A stretch of 64,000 bases of DNA, taken from positions 30,196,001 to 30,260,000 of the forward strand of contig NC_087436.1 of the NCBI RefSeq assembly GCF_036321535.1, written 5' to 3'. Below are positions 51,083 to 64,000 of this stretch, piece after piece. The notes under the pieces were generated by a model, which made no database searches, was not told the DNA's origin, and worked only from the letters and a program-made list of their open reading frames with translations. Position 1 is the stretch's first letter. Each line of letters begins with the position of its first letter. This DNA comes from Camelus dromedarius (Eukaryota). Both the position numbers and the translations under genes were made by a program.

Positions 51083-51559
51083 TCTAGCTTTTGCCTTGTG
51101 ATTACTGAAAACATAAGGCCTTGCAATTCCTTTGCACAAAATATTTTGTTGCTTCTCCTGAAATAAAATACGGAGTACAAGTGTGTTAGCTGAAATTCAA
51201 AGGCTTAAAGTGTGATTCTTATCTCTCTTTCAAACTATATTTTGTTAGTATCAACACTTTGTCTCATATAGCCTTATATATTGCTCTCCAAATAAAGAAA
51301 TTTTACCCCCCGCATATAATTACTTCAGTCATTCAATCATTGATTTTTATTCCCTTAAATCTACCTAAATCTTAGCATTTCTAGTGGCAACACTTAGGCC
51401 TTAGAATAAAACCTGAAAAAAAAAAGTGTCAATTAACTTTGGCAAATTACATTCCTTGAGTGTATACTCTATAATATGAATTTGGGGTGGTAGTCTGTTG
51501 TTTAACAACAGCATTGAAAATTGCTTAAGGCATCCATGTCCTTAAGAAACATTAACTTA

Positions 51560-51632
51560 TCTTTTTTTTCTTTTTCTTTTCTTTTTTTCTTTCTTCCTCC
51601 TCCTTCTCCTCCTCCTTTTTTTTTTTTTTTTA
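51560..51632. repeat. Pyrimidine-rich low complexity (T/CTT/CCT runs)
   Basis: Read directly. Confidence 0.9.
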
Positions 51633-51866
51633 AACCATTCCCATGCAGTGCTCTTTATCCAACAGGCAATAAAAGTCCAGTCACTGAAGAACTACATTTC
51701 AAACCTGTTCACAGTTCTTATAATCAAATTATATTATCTCTTCCAATTCTTAATTTCTCATCTATTAAGAAAGTATAACAGCATTTTATATATTGTTTTC
51801 ACAAAATTACTATGGGGATCAAATCAAATGCTGTCTGCAATGTGGTATTAAAAATTGTAATGTACA

Positions 51867-52127
51867 TAATGTGATCTAGCAATCCCACTCCTGGGCATAT
51901 CTCCAGAGGAAACTCTAATTTGAAAATATACATGCATCCCAATGTTCACAGCAGCACTATTTACAATAGTCAAGATGAGGAAGCAACATAATGTCCATCA
52001 ACAGATGACTGGATAAAGAAGATCTGGTATGCTACTCAGCCATAAAAAAGAACATAATGATGCCACTTGCAGCAACATGGATGGACCTAGACTAACACAA
52101 CATTGAACATCAACTATACTTCAATGA
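51867..52127 (+). mobile_element. Short, internally deleted camelid-type L1
   Basis: AGCAATCCCACTCCTGGGCATATC...GCAACATGGATGGACCTAG joined to ACTAACACAACATTG...TATACTTCAAT; near-TSD AAAAATTGTAATGTACA / AAAAAATATAATGTACA. Confidence 0.9.
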
Positions 52128-52944
52128 AAAAAATATAATGTACAGTACAAACATCATGCAGTCTTTTCATTGATATTACTGCCATTATGGAAACTGCATT
52201 TCTAGTCTAGCATTCTCTTTGGAAGTCTATCCTGTATTCTCAGGCCAAATTTAATTATTACTTTTTCTTAAGAATTTATTAGTTGCAATGATTGTACAAT
52301 TAAAAAAACAAAGCAGTCTCACAGCTCTTTTTTTTTTTTTTTGTCTCTATTCCTAGATACTCAGTAACCTTCCTACAAACAGGAGTTGGTGTTAAACATG
52401 ATTTCTGTCAAGCTCGGTACTTGGTAAGTGTCCAAAATTATCTGTCAAATGAAATTAACACATTTTTCCTTCTGGCTTGTTAATATCATTGTTTAAAAAT
52501 ATACACTACAAGAAAAATTTGTTAAACAAAGCAATTTAAGTCTAGTTCAAATGAACTTTTTGTAAATCATGAATAAATTAGAATTACTGGAGTGTAGAAT
52601 AAAGAGCTTTACTCTATATATGCACACACAAGCTGAAGTTCAGTCTGTTCAGTAAACTCTAAAATGTATCACTCTGATAATTTATCCACACAAGCTTTAA
52701 AAGCCCTCTTTCAAATTTTAAATCTCCATCCTGTCTCTTAGGATTCATGAATCTCTTTTCTAGGAGAAAAGTCAGTCTCCTCCTATCTCAGTTCCATCTG
52801 CAATATTTTCTGTAACTAATCTTATTAACAATAATATTTAAGGCTTTTATGTTTTGATTATAGTGAAAATCAGAACTAAAAGTATGTTAAATCAAAAACC
52901 ATCATCATTCTATTTCAGAATTATGAATGGAAATATAGCAGTTA

Positions 52945-53115
52945 TAGAATCATAATTCGTTAAAACTGAACCTTAACTATCATCCTGATAAACTCAACAC
53001 ATTCTCAGCAAGGAGAAACTTGACACCTGGAGGGTTTAAGTGAACTTCCTGTGTCTACAGTGCTTGGGAGTATGAGAAATGGATCCAGAACTCCTATTTC
53101 CTGACTTAATTTTGA
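52945..53115 (-). mobile_element. MIR fragment
   Basis: GGAGAAACTTGACACCTGGAGGGTTTAAGTGA...CCAGAACTCCTATTTCCTGAC. Confidence 0.6.
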
Positions 53116-53129
53116 AGACGGACCACTCT

Positions 53130-54010
53130 AAATGTCTTTTAAGTCATTGGATATAGGTGTGGCTAGTGGTAGGGAGGGTAAGTAGTTCAACAATGGATGA
53201 AGAAAACAAGGGCAGAGTTTACAAGAGAGATGGAGGAAACACTAAAACTGTTCTGGAAGCGGAACAGATGGGTTATGATGATGAACAGGAGGGATGAATA
53301 GATAGAAGAGCAGTATGTTCATGGAGTTCATGCTTACTGCACAGGTCTCTCTCTCCACATCACCACAATTGGGCATGTAGGAGCAGAAGAAAACCCACAC
53401 AGGGACAGACAGATGAAGACTTCACATTTTGACCAACTGGGTTCCAAAGGTATTTCAAGTGGAATTTCTAAAGAAGAATACTGATAATTTGTTGCTTGAG
53501 TTGAAAAAAATCTGTAGTCTGGAAATGAATTTATGCCAATTATTATACAGATTGTAGGTGAGGCCAAAGGTACTGACAAAATGTTTAGGAAAGGGAATGG
53601 AGAGAAGAAAAGAAAGCAGAGGACAAAATGCTAGGGAACCTTGATGGAATATAAAAGCTGCACAGATCGAACGTAGGTCAGCAGCAAGACAGACAAACAG
53701 GTAGAGCTGAGTTAGAGAAACTGAGAAAGGCAAGAGGTTCAATAAAGTTCTTGGCGTTGCAGAGAAGTCAAAGATGAAGAGATTAATCGGGTATGAGATC
53801 TTTGGTCACCTAAGTCCAATTTACATGGAGTGATGAGATTCCATGACAGTGGGCTGAGGAATAAAAAGGAGGTAAAGATGACATGAAAACTGGAGGAATA
53901 GACTATTTTTTTCTCCTGCAGAACCAGTCATAAAACTGAAAACAGAGAATGGGTAATATAAAAAATAAAGGGAAACAGTGTGTTGTTTTGTTTGTTTTAA
54001 TGAGGAATAA
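53130..54010 (-). mobile_element. L2 fragment
   Basis: GGACAAAATGCTAGGGAACC; AAGACGACAAACAGGTAG; TGCAGAGAAGTCAAAGATGAAGA; TTTACATGGAGTGATGAG. Confidence 0.65.
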
Positions 54011-54084
54011 AGACAACAATGATCATGTTTCTATGATGTGTAATATCTCAAGTTACTCTTCTCCTCATCATCTTTTTCATCTCA

Positions 54085-55130
54085 ATTTTTTTAAAGAAAA
54101 TAAAAATAGAAGCCATTATGTGGAACTAAAAATCATCTGTGCTTCCTCATCCTCTCCTTAAAACCTCTTAAAATGGAAGCCACATCTCTCTGTCTATGTC
54201 AGGTATCCTTCATGTGTTCAGCGTGCCATCTCTTCCTGCCACCTCACTGCCATTAACCTTTCTGCTACCTCCTCTGGCTAGATTGTATCCAACACTATTT
54301 ATACATATTCTGGTAGCTTCTTTATTTTTTTCTTTTTAAATATGCTTCTTTGATGGAACTTCCCCGAAATTGCTGCTCTCTTGGTACATATTTACATCTA
54401 ATTTCTTTAAAGGAACCATTGCAGTCAACAACTTCATTTTTTCATGTTTTATTCACTTTTTAACTTACACCAGTCTGGCATATACCCCTACTGAAACTGC
54501 TCGTTCAAATTCTGCTGTGACTTCTCTATTGTTTAATCAAACGGGTTCTTGTGAGTTGCCATCTTACTTTAATGGTGTAGCATTTAAAAATAGATGGATA
54601 CTCTCTCCTTCTTACAGTATCCTCTAAGTATCTGAAAATAAATTTCTTTTTTGTTGTTGCTGCTGTTCTACCTCTGTGGTTGGTCTTCAGTTTCTTTGAC
54701 CAACTTCACTTTCTCTACCCTTAAGAACGTTGACGTTCCACAGGGTTTGCTACTATGACTACTTAACTTTCTTTCTCAATACTGTTTCTTTCACAATGTT
54801 TGCAGCCACCTCGGAAGCTTTGTATACAACCTGTATATAACCTAATATACAAGTACTTATACTCCGTCCAGCCCTCTGTTAACTCCAGTCCTATAGTCAT
54901 CCACTACTGGTATCTCACATTCCTCGTCCTCCATCTTAGTCATTGGCACCTTTCACCAAAAGCTTTGGAGCAGTTTTCCTTTTCCCTGTCCCTCAAAACT
55001 CACAAGCAGTCCACAGTCCATGCTGTGCTTCTGTGTGCAAAGTATTGATAATGTTAGCCCATTTCTCTTGATTTTTGCTACAACCTTTAGGTCTAAGACT
55101 ATCTCTTTCATATGAGTTAGTATGTTTCTG
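54085..55130 (+). mobile_element. L2 fragment (continues at 58130-58295 beyond the L1)
   Basis: CAGTCTGGCATATACCCCTACTGAAACTGCTC; ATCTTACTTTAATGGTGTAGCATTTAA. Confidence 0.75.
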
Positions 55131-55134
55131 CTAC

Positions 55135-58130
55135 ATAAGATTTACTAAATTCACTCATTTCCCTCTTTCTCACTTTTTAAAGTGTAAATGCAGTGGGTTT
55201 TAGCATGTTAACACAGTTCTGTAGCCATTGCCACAGTTAACTTTAGAACATTTTTATTACCTCAAAAAGAAACCACTTACCAATCAGCAGTCACTCCCCG
55301 TTCCTTCAGAATAGCCCAGCCATGGGTGACCACTAATCTACTTTCTGTTTCTATAAACTGAATCGTACAACATGTGGACTTTCGAGGTGTCTTTCACTGG
55401 CCATAAATTTTTAAGTTTCACGTATGTTGTAGCATGTATCTGCACTGCTTGCCTTGTGAACACAGAATAATGTTCTATTTTATGCAAGTACTCTCATATG
55501 CTGTTGGTTGGTGGAAATCAGGGTAATTTCTACTTTCTGGGTATTATGAATAATGCTGCAATGAAAACTAGTTTATGTGTTTCTGTGTGAATATATGTTT
55601 TAATTTCTCATGAATATATGCTTCATAAAAGAATTACTGAGTTACACAAGAATTCTCTGTTTAACTTTATGAAACACTGTCAAACTACTTTTCAAAGGTG
55701 CTGTTACATTTTACATTCCTATCAGCAATTTATAAGACTTCCAATTTTTCCATATTCTTGTCAACACTTGTTATTGTTTGTCTTTTTGATTATAGGTATG
55801 TTAGTGGATGTGAAAGGAATTTTACTGTGAATTTGATGTATATCTTACTAGCAAACAGTGATTTTGAGTGTATTTTTATGTGTTTACTGGCCATGTATAT
55901 ATCTTTAGGAAAATACCTTTTCAAATCTTATGTCCATTTAAAAAATTTTTTTGCCTTTTTTATTATTGAGTTGTAAGAGCTCTTTATATAATCTAGATAG
56001 GGGTCCTTTATCAGATAAATAATTTGTAAATATTAACTCCCATTCTAAGTATTTATTTTATGGTATTGTTTGCAACTCAAAAGTTTTTAATTTTAATGAA
56101 TTACAATTTATCAATTTGTTGTGACCTGTGCTTTTTTGATGCACTATCTATAAAAGTTTTACCTAATCCCAGGTCACAAAAATTTACTCCTATATTTACT
56201 TGTAAGAATTTTAGTTTTTTTCTTCTTAATTTAGATCTATGATTCATGGTGAGTTAATTTTTTTATATATAGTTTTGGATATGAGTATCCATTTGTCTCA
56301 AAACCGTTTGTTGAAAAGACTACTATTTCCCCCTTGGATTATCTTGACATCCTTTTAAAGAATTAATCAATGATAACTATAAGGGTTTTATTTCTGGTCT
56401 CCAAATTATTTGCCATAAATCTATATGTTTATTCTTACACCACTACCACACTATCTTCATTATTGTAGCTTTTTACTAAGTTTTGAAATCAGGAAATGTG
56501 AGGGCTCCAACTTTTTCTTTCAAATCTGGTTTGGCTGACATGAGTTCCTCTCAGTTCCATATTAATTTTTTTAATCAATTTGTCAGATTATTTTTTAAAA
56601 AGCTACCTGGGATTTTTGATAAAGCTTCTGCTGAATCTGTATACAAATTTGGGCAGTACTGCCACCTGACTAATATTAAGCTCTCTGTCACATGAACACA
56701 AAATATCTTTCCATATATTTAGGTCTTTCTTCACTTCTTTCAACAATATTTTTTTTGGTTTTCAGTGTACAAGTCTTGCACTTCTTTGGTTAAGTTAATT
56801 TTTATTTTATTATTATTGATGCTACTGTAATGTAAAAAGAATTAATTCCATTTTCAGATTTTTCACTGCTATTGTAAAAAAATGTAATTGTTTTTATATT
56901 TATCATCTAGCCTGAAATCTTGCTGAACTCATTGGTTAGTTGTTACAGACTTTAAAGTAAACTCCTTAGATTTTTTTTAAAATACAAGATCATGTAAATA
57001 CAAGATCTGCAGGTAGACGTAGTTTTATTTATTCCTTTCCAATCTAGACTTTTTAGAGGTTGCTCCAGGGCTTACAATATATATCTGAACCTAATAGAAT
57101 CTACTTCAGAATTATACTAACTTAATTCCAATGAGATACAGAGATGTTCTTTTCAGTATAGCTCTATTTATCGTTCCCTTTTCTCTGTGCTATTACTGTT
57201 GTGCATATTATATATGTAGATATTACAAATTCAATAATATGTTTGTATAAGTATTGCATTATGTAATTTTATGTCTTTTAAAGAAGCTCAGAGAAGGAGA
57301 GCAAGTACATATTTAGAGTATTATATCAACCTTCTTATTTTTAATTCCTGGTTCTCTTCATTGCTTCCTGTGTTTTTTTCGGTTATCATCTATTGCCATT
57401 TCCTTACACCGATATAGCTTTTTCCCTACCTGTCTCCTTTGTGCTATTATTGTCAAAATATTACAACTCTACATCTTAAATTTCTACTGCTTCTACTTGT
57501 TTTGCTTGTTGTTATTATAGAGCCACCAGCCTCCTCTTAATTTTTCACCACCAAATCTCCATTGTTTTTGACAGTACTTTTTGGCTTGAACTTCTCTACA
57601 CTGTGTACCAAATAAAATCAGCCCCTTTCAGGGAGAGCTGCTGGAGCAATCTGGGGAGAGCACTGCCGCTCTAGGGCTGAGGTGGAGGCAGATGCCAGCT
57701 TTCTCTCTGAGCGATACTCTTGGTCTATGAGGAGGTGCTGAGCAGGCACAGTGGGTTCTGGTAGTCTTAGTTTACCTCACCTGGTATGGCTTCTTCATCC
57801 CGTGAGCAAGCTGTAGAAAGCGATCCAGGCCCCGTGTTTTTGGCATGCCATGCTTTTGGTAGAAATTCCTCCATGGAAATTGGGGCTGGGTAGAAGAAGT
57901 CCCAGACTTCTTAAGTCACACTTGCCTCAAATAGAGCTCCTGCAACACAGAAATGATTGGAAAAATGAGAAATTCTGGTATCCTGTCCCTTGCTGTGAGA
58001 AACCATAACCCTAGACTGGGAAGTTGGGGGAAAGGGAAACATATGTTCTTGGCCACACTCACCCTGAGTTTCCGTCCATCTCACTGAATTACGGAAAGGA
58101 TCCCAATCCCAAACTCACTGTTCTAACCAG
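55135..58130 (-). mobile_element. L1MB-like element in colinear pieces (3' UTR/ORF2 ~55135-57046; inter-ORF-like ~57047-57480; 5' UTR-like ~57490-58130)
   Basis: TTTAGAACATTTTTATTACCTCAAAAAGAAACC; TTTGTTGAAAAGACTACTATTTCCCC; ATTCCTTTCCAATCT; GTTGCTCCAGGGCTTACAATATATATC; 5' piece assignment less certain. Confidence 0.8.
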
Positions 58131-58295
58131 GACACACTTACTTCCCCTGCCAGGAATGTTCTAGTACACTTTTATCTTGATAATTTAGGTTCAGCTCTCC
58201 GGGTTTCATTTATTCACATCATATCTCTAGAACTTAGCACAATGTCCTGATTATATTAAGTTCTCAAAAGATATAATTACATAAATGAATAAGTG
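58130..58295 (+). mobile_element. L2 3' terminus
   Basis: TTTATTCAC...TCTCTAGAACTTAGCACAATG...AAATGAATAAGTG. Confidence 0.7.
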
Positions 58296-58995
58296 CATAA
58301 AACATGGCAGAACTTCACAGAAAGAACCAAAAATTGTTGACAAAGCGAAGTCCTTGAGATAAAGGAAGCTGTAGATTTCCAACATGCTTCTATTCCTCTG
58401 AGACAAGTGAAATACATTTTCCATAGAAGAAGCTTTTGTGGAAATCCATACTTCATAGGGAGCAGTGAGACAATGTCTGGTATTTCATTCATTACTTCCT
58501 GGTCATAATTTTTTGTGTATGACTCCTCTGTTTTTTGCCTCCTGTGATAAAAAGCAATCTGGCCTCAGTTGTAGGAGGTATATGTATTGTGTTTAATGTT
58601 ATAGTTCAAATTCACATATTCTAAAATGTGGAAGGAAATTGGAACTTAAAAATACAAAATTGGGCAGAAAGTAGGAGAAACTATTTTTTTCAGAGTCTCA
58701 GAAACATAGGTGCCTATATCTCAACAACATATTTTAGCCTTTAAAAAATTGCATTTCACTTGGTATTTCTTCAGATTTACACATGAAGAAACTGGGGCTT
58801 AGCAAGATTAAATTCTTACTTCAAAAGGATTAAATAGCAGAACTAAAGTTAATTCTTCAATAATATAGCATTTCTTTAACAAAGCATTTCATTTCTCCCT
58901 TAATTCATTTATTCATAAATATGCATGTATTACACTTATTCTTTCATTTAAAAATTATCTATTCACTACTTAGAGTTGTGCAATTGAATTAGGTA

Positions 58996-59157
58996 ATAGT
59001 TTTCTAAACCTGGAAGGTCATGGACGGATATTCAGTCCTATTAAGTCAGAAACTCTGTGGTATGGATTGTGAATCTATATTTTGGCAAATTTTTCTGCTG
59101 ATTTTTATTTAGTCTACAACCTTGTACCAGGTGAAGAGTTATGTTTGTGAATCACTG
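58996..59157. mobile_element. MER5-like hAT-Charlie MITE
   Basis: TAGTTTTCTAAAC...TCAGAAACTCTGTGG...GAATCTATATTTT...GTTTGTGAATCACTG. Confidence 0.6.
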
Positions 59158-60739
59158 CACTGGAGACATAAATTAGAATTAATTCTTCTCTATAATCAAC
59201 TAGTAGGAGTAAGATTTTTTTCCCATGAAAAATAAAAGCCAAGAGTATGAATTAGGTCAAGAAAATATCACAGCTGACCAAAGGGGAAAGAAATTTGCAT
59301 TTGGGATGAAAATGTGGCCATTTTCCTTAGGCCTTCATAGCCTAGCCTTGGCTGGATGTCTAGAATTTTAAAAGTTATCATTCAGGTTTCTCCAGTAGCA
59401 GAACACATCATGAACACAGGTGTGACATTCAAAAGGCATGAGCGTGTGTAGAGTGTGTTGCAATGTGAATAGATCATGGGGTTCCATGGCAGAATAGTGA
59501 AAAATCATACAGAAAGTTCAGATTTGTGCCAGACTCTGAGAGTCTTGAAAGCTGGTCAGGAGTTTGCAATACACAAGTATGTAGACATAGGTGATTTCTG
59601 ACCAAGGGCAAGATGGTTTCCTAATTTTACATAAGGAAAAATGTAATCTTTGGCTTTGAATATAGCAGATTATAGGAAGAGATTCCAGAGTTCAGAAGGC
59701 CTCTGTGAGCAGCCCATTGCCAGGGTGAGTCATGAAGCTGTGTGCTTTAAGACTTTTAATGAGAAATGAAAGGCACAGAGACCAGAAAAGAAATCATAAA
59801 GTGCCAATTCCACATCACAAAGCAGAAAGAGAAAAAAAAAAAGGTACCTAGCTACACTTTCAGAAAAAAGTAAATGCTCACTATGATATTGGCAACTAAC
59901 AGAAAAGAAATACAGACTATAGGGTTTTTTTGCAGTGCAGCATTCCTCAAGGAAATAAAACAATTATTGCACATTATTTTCTCCCTTCTTTCAAATTCCA
60001 CATCGATTTCTACATTATTTCTTTGAAGATTCAGAATGGAATTGAATGCCTACTAAACACTGGAAAATGAGGTTTGCTTATTTAAGAGCTCCATGACTTT
60101 GAACATTTCAGATTTATTTCAATCACTATCATTTCAGCTTTTGTATATAATGCTAAGCTTCAACTGAAAAAACCACAAAAAGCATAACTTTTTCACAAGA
60201 AAGCTAAAGTCATGTTTTCAACTGCAATTGTGTATGACTATTTGGCTTTTATTTTATATCGTAATACAGTATTATAGATTCATTTAAGCAAACGTAGACA
60301 ACACATTCTCCGTAAAAGACTCCCAAATCCTTACAAACTTCAATTCATTTCTTCCTTTGGTCAGAGCAGAACTTTTTTCTTTTCAGTTACTGTTCTGGGT
60401 CCTAATTCTGTTCTCCTGTCACAGATTTTCATGCCTTACAATACAATTTATGACAGTAGCAGCATTCCTCATTAGTAAACAGAAGAAAAGATCAGGGTGG
60501 TAGGCGGGAATGGGGTAGAGAGAAGGAAGAGAGGTATCTGGAGATAGTCAGTGAGAAAAAGCACACTCTTAGAGGAAGCTGCTATTTTTACAAAACAAAG
60601 GAGCAGGAGTAAAGTTAGCTAATGGAGAGGGTTTGAAATCTGCTGACTAGTTCTGCTTGGAGTAATTCTGCGATAAGCATCAATTTTCTGAATACCTTTT
60701 AATTACGTTGTCATCAGAATCTCCCAATATTTCAAAATG

Positions 60740-60880
60740 GCAATTGTAGATATAATTGCTCCTATTTTGCAAAGGGGAGAAACTGAGGCCTACAAAAGCT
60801 ATCGCTGCCCAAGGACAGATAATCAAAACTGACCAGCTGAGATTCAAATAAAAGTGTTCCATTTCAGAATCCATTTCCCC
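60740..60880 (-). mobile_element. MIR SINE
   Basis: CCTATTTTGCAAAGGGGAGAAACTGAGGCC...TGCCCAAGGACA...GCTGAGATTCAAA. Confidence 0.8.
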
Positions 60881-61887
60881 TCCTTACTCCTCCCCTCCTG
60901 TAATCTATCCACCCTTCTTATCTCTCTCTGTCCCTGCTACAGCCTCTCTGTCATGTTCTTTAATTCATTTATCAAACATTTATTATCTTCTACTGCATTT
61001 CAATCATTTTAATTTTAGGGATTCAAAAGTTAATAAATACAATCTGTGACCTCAAACTATAGTGTAGACGCACAAGCCAGATGTTGGAAGTTTTGTTCGG
61101 CAACCTCTGATTTCAACCCATGCTAAAATTCAAGCACACACAAAAGGATATTTTACATTTTCCAAAAATGAATTTGTCAATAACATAGATGCTTCCTGAA
61201 TTTTTAGCGGAGGAGAGTGAGAAGAGTATTTAAATTACACAGTAGTCATCATTTCAATACAAAAACCTCTACTGGCTATATTTTCTTAAGTATCCCCCTT
61301 AGATTCCCTAAGGAATCTAAACCTTCTCTTTGTTCTAAGTTCATCACTAATTTTTTTCTTAACCTCTTTGTCATTTTCCCTCTTGTAGGCATATGAATTT
61401 GTTTATTTTCTGTTTTCCTAAATATCCACAGAGACATCTACCTCTCCAAGCATAAAAAGACCCCCAATGTGCCAGTAAGGAAATAAAAATAATAGTATTT
61501 ATTTTTGCTGTCAAAACTGCTATGTTGGAGTGTTATCCAGGCACTAAGGGAGGGCTGAAGGCATGGGAGAAGGCTACACAGGGAAATTAAAGTTGACTAT
61601 TCTTACTTGCCTTCCTTCTGTCCCTGGGGTTTCTATATTTCTAACATAGAAATATTGCAACACGTGTATAAATATATTAAGCATTAGAATTAAAATCCAT
61701 ATATAAAATTGTTTGCAAAGATTTAGTTTCTGTAGAGAAAAAAATCAAAAAGAAATCATTCATCTTATATCATTTTTCAAAGTGGAATGAAATGTGAACT
61801 TTGTTGTAATTTTTCTAAGCTAATTAGCTTTGTTTCAGAAAGCAAGGAGCTAAAACAGCTAATGGCAATGAACTGTATTTTTAATAT

Positions 61888-62103
61888 GAGGCGGTTGTAA
61901 ACAATGGTAAAGTCTCCAGTTTTGTTGACAGAATCCTAGTTAACCTGGATCTGCCACTTCTTTGCTGTATGACTGAGCAAATCACAGCCTGAAGTCTTAG
62001 TGTCTTGTCTACAAAATGAAATAATATTACAACAGGTTTATAGTATGCTTTCTATGAGACAATGTGTGTCAAAATATCCTGTGTAAATATCAAGTTTTAT
62101 TAC
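61888..62103 (+). mobile_element. MIR SINE
   Basis: CCTGGATCTGCCACTTCTTTGCTGTATGACTGAGCAAATCAC...TCTACAAAATG. Confidence 0.75.
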
Positions 62104-62423
62104 TGTTAAATTAATTAAACAAGGAGGCCATCAGACTGATGTGGTTCTAATACCTCAGCAGCCAATGTAAGCAAACCTAAACCCGAGCCTATAAATGCCT
62201 CAACCAATCACGCACAACCAACTAGCTTCTACAAATAAGGCAAACAGTTAAGCTACAGCCAGATAATTTTTGTTTTGCTTCAGCCTTTTCTCTAAGAACA
62301 TCTTTCCCTCATGTGGATGGAGTGCCCTTAACCACTTCCAGGTTAGCTCTGCCCCATTCGAATCAATTTTTGCTCAAATAAACTCTTAAATTGTTTTAAT
62401 ATGCCTCAGTTTATCTTTTAACA
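62104..62423 (+). mobile_element. MER93/MER57-group ERV1 solo LTR
   Basis: Inverted termini TGTTAAA...TTTAACA; GGAGGCCATCAGACTGA, GTAAGCAAACC, AACCAATCA, GCTCAAATAAACTCTTAAA. Confidence 0.85.
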
Positions 62424-63579
62424 TATACTTTAGTCACCGAAAAATAAAACTGTTCTATAAAAAAGGCTCTTTTAACTCATGGTTATCATGTTGGTAACAG
62501 CTTAAGAGAGTATCAGTATATTACAGACAGGCCCTCTAGAACCATGGACAAACAAGTCAGTATCAGTTTACAGACGTTAATTTATACTAACTGACTCTTA
62601 AGTATGTAGAGAAATCAGGACATTAGAAATGGAAAATTTTAGAAGTCTGATTAACTTATGCTGCTGCATGCATAAACTGGCTAATTTTAAAAACAGTCCA
62701 ATGATTCATTCTGTGATATTCTGCTCTGCTGGGTTACAAGGAAACTTAATGCAGTTGGTGCAGTTGACAGTGTTAGTAGGTATAAGTCCGTCTCAAGCAA
62801 TCTAGAACTGCTGTACCCCAGTCACTGATCATCTGACAAGAATCTTATTTATAAGAGTCAACCATGCGCATTTAGTCTGTGTTAAAGCAAACCACTAAAT
62901 TACATTAGAGAAAGAATAGCGAGCAAATAGGCAGATACTCTTTCTTGGTTTAGTAATAATTTTCCATAGATTTGTCCCTTACAAAGAATATTCAAAATAT
63001 GATGAAACTGGGGTAGAATATGCCATGCTCTGGTTTCTGGAGGTAACTTTTGTGTAAATTTGGTATTGTGATAGGTGGACAATTATTTGGTTCAAAGGGC
63101 CCCGAATCTTCTGCTTTCTCCACCCGATCTTCGATTGTTACTAATGGCTATTACAAAACAGGCATGAAACTATCAACATAGAATATTATATGACTAATGC
63201 TAATATGTTAACTATGTGAAACAAACCAAAAATATGATAATAAAAGGCTAGATAAGAACTGGAAGAGACAGACCAGCATAGTTTCTTGGAAGTGCTAAAA
63301 ATATACATGAAACAATATTCAAACCATTTCAGGAAAGAGAAGCAACAGGATTAAATTTAGACAGCTGAGTAGAAAGATGGTAAGTGTGGTGGGAGTGTAA
63401 GAATACCTACTGACTGAAAGTGAGCAATAAAACTGATGAAAGTTTGTATTAAAGAGAGATGAATCGATCTCAGAGTTTTGCATACAACAGCTATTTGAAA
63501 AATGGTTTTCTTCTTTCAGTAATGAAAATTGTCATGTATTTGCATATTTATTTAGATTTATAATATTCTTTCAAAAAGC

Positions 63580-63760
63580 TAATTACATTTAGTCTTCACA
63601 ACACACCTGGGAGGTAAATATCGTCATTATGTTTATTTTGCCTATAGGAGTCATTTGTGCTATTTCACGACGTAAGTGTGAAAGCAGATGCTTGTACCAT
63701 GTACAAGAAAGCCTGGCCAAGGAGATGGAAAGGACCAGTTGGGAAGCAGATGGGTCTGGT
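63580..63760 (-). mobile_element. MIR fragment
   Basis: ATTTAGTCTTCACAACACACCTGGGAGGTAAATATC. Confidence 0.55.
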
Positions 63761-64000
63761 TTGCCAAATTTGCTACCTTGGCTCAGCAGGGTGGCAGCCT
63801 CAAGGAAAAGAAGCCATGCTGGAAATCTCTTAGCATCTCTAGATTCACTTTCTACCCTTCCCTACTCTGTTTTCTGCCTTAGGCTTTCTTGCCCTCTGGC
63901 GCCTAACTGTGTTGGCCAATAGGGAGCAAAAAGAGATGAAAGGGAGGAAGGAGAGTGATCCTGGGGGACTTATGTTTCAACCTTGCTCTCTCCAGACTGC

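Noticed and set aside
53130..55130. Oppositely oriented L2 fragments as a possible long dsRNA hairpin
   Set aside because: Too diverged to pair; no extended complementarity visible
1..64000. Prokaryotic-type systems (CRISPR arrays, operons, defence islands), tRNA/rRNA genes, processed pseudogenes
   Set aside because: The sequence is mammalian non-coding DNA; no spaced repeat arrays, RNA gene signatures or mRNA-derived retrocopies were recognised

Overview
Mammalian, AT-rich, CpG-depleted genomic DNA with no protein-coding exon, RNA gene or CpG island that I can support. It is dominated by interspersed repeats: ancient L2, MIR, L1M, MaLR (MLT1), ERVL (MLT2, MER21-like, a gag-pro fossil), ERV1 (MER101-, MER41-, MER93-like), MER46C/MER5 DNA elements, and younger cetartiodactyl-type L1 3' ends. 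Those L1 tails, and the lack of recognisable ruminant, pig, whale, carnivore or primate SINEs, point tentatively to a camelid. Nearly all listed ORFs are spurious; the few meaningful ones are decayed L1 ORF2, ERVL protease and MaLR gag. I found no convincing novel biological system. Best leads: a MER41-like LTR with an intact STAT/GAS motif, a complete two-LTR MaLR provirus, an ERVL gag-pro fossil, an atypical L1/MLT1 junction with a local ~60-bp duplication, and a TSD-flanked internally deleted L1. Family names come from recalled consensus sequences, not a database search. Boundaries without a stated TSD or TIR are approximate.
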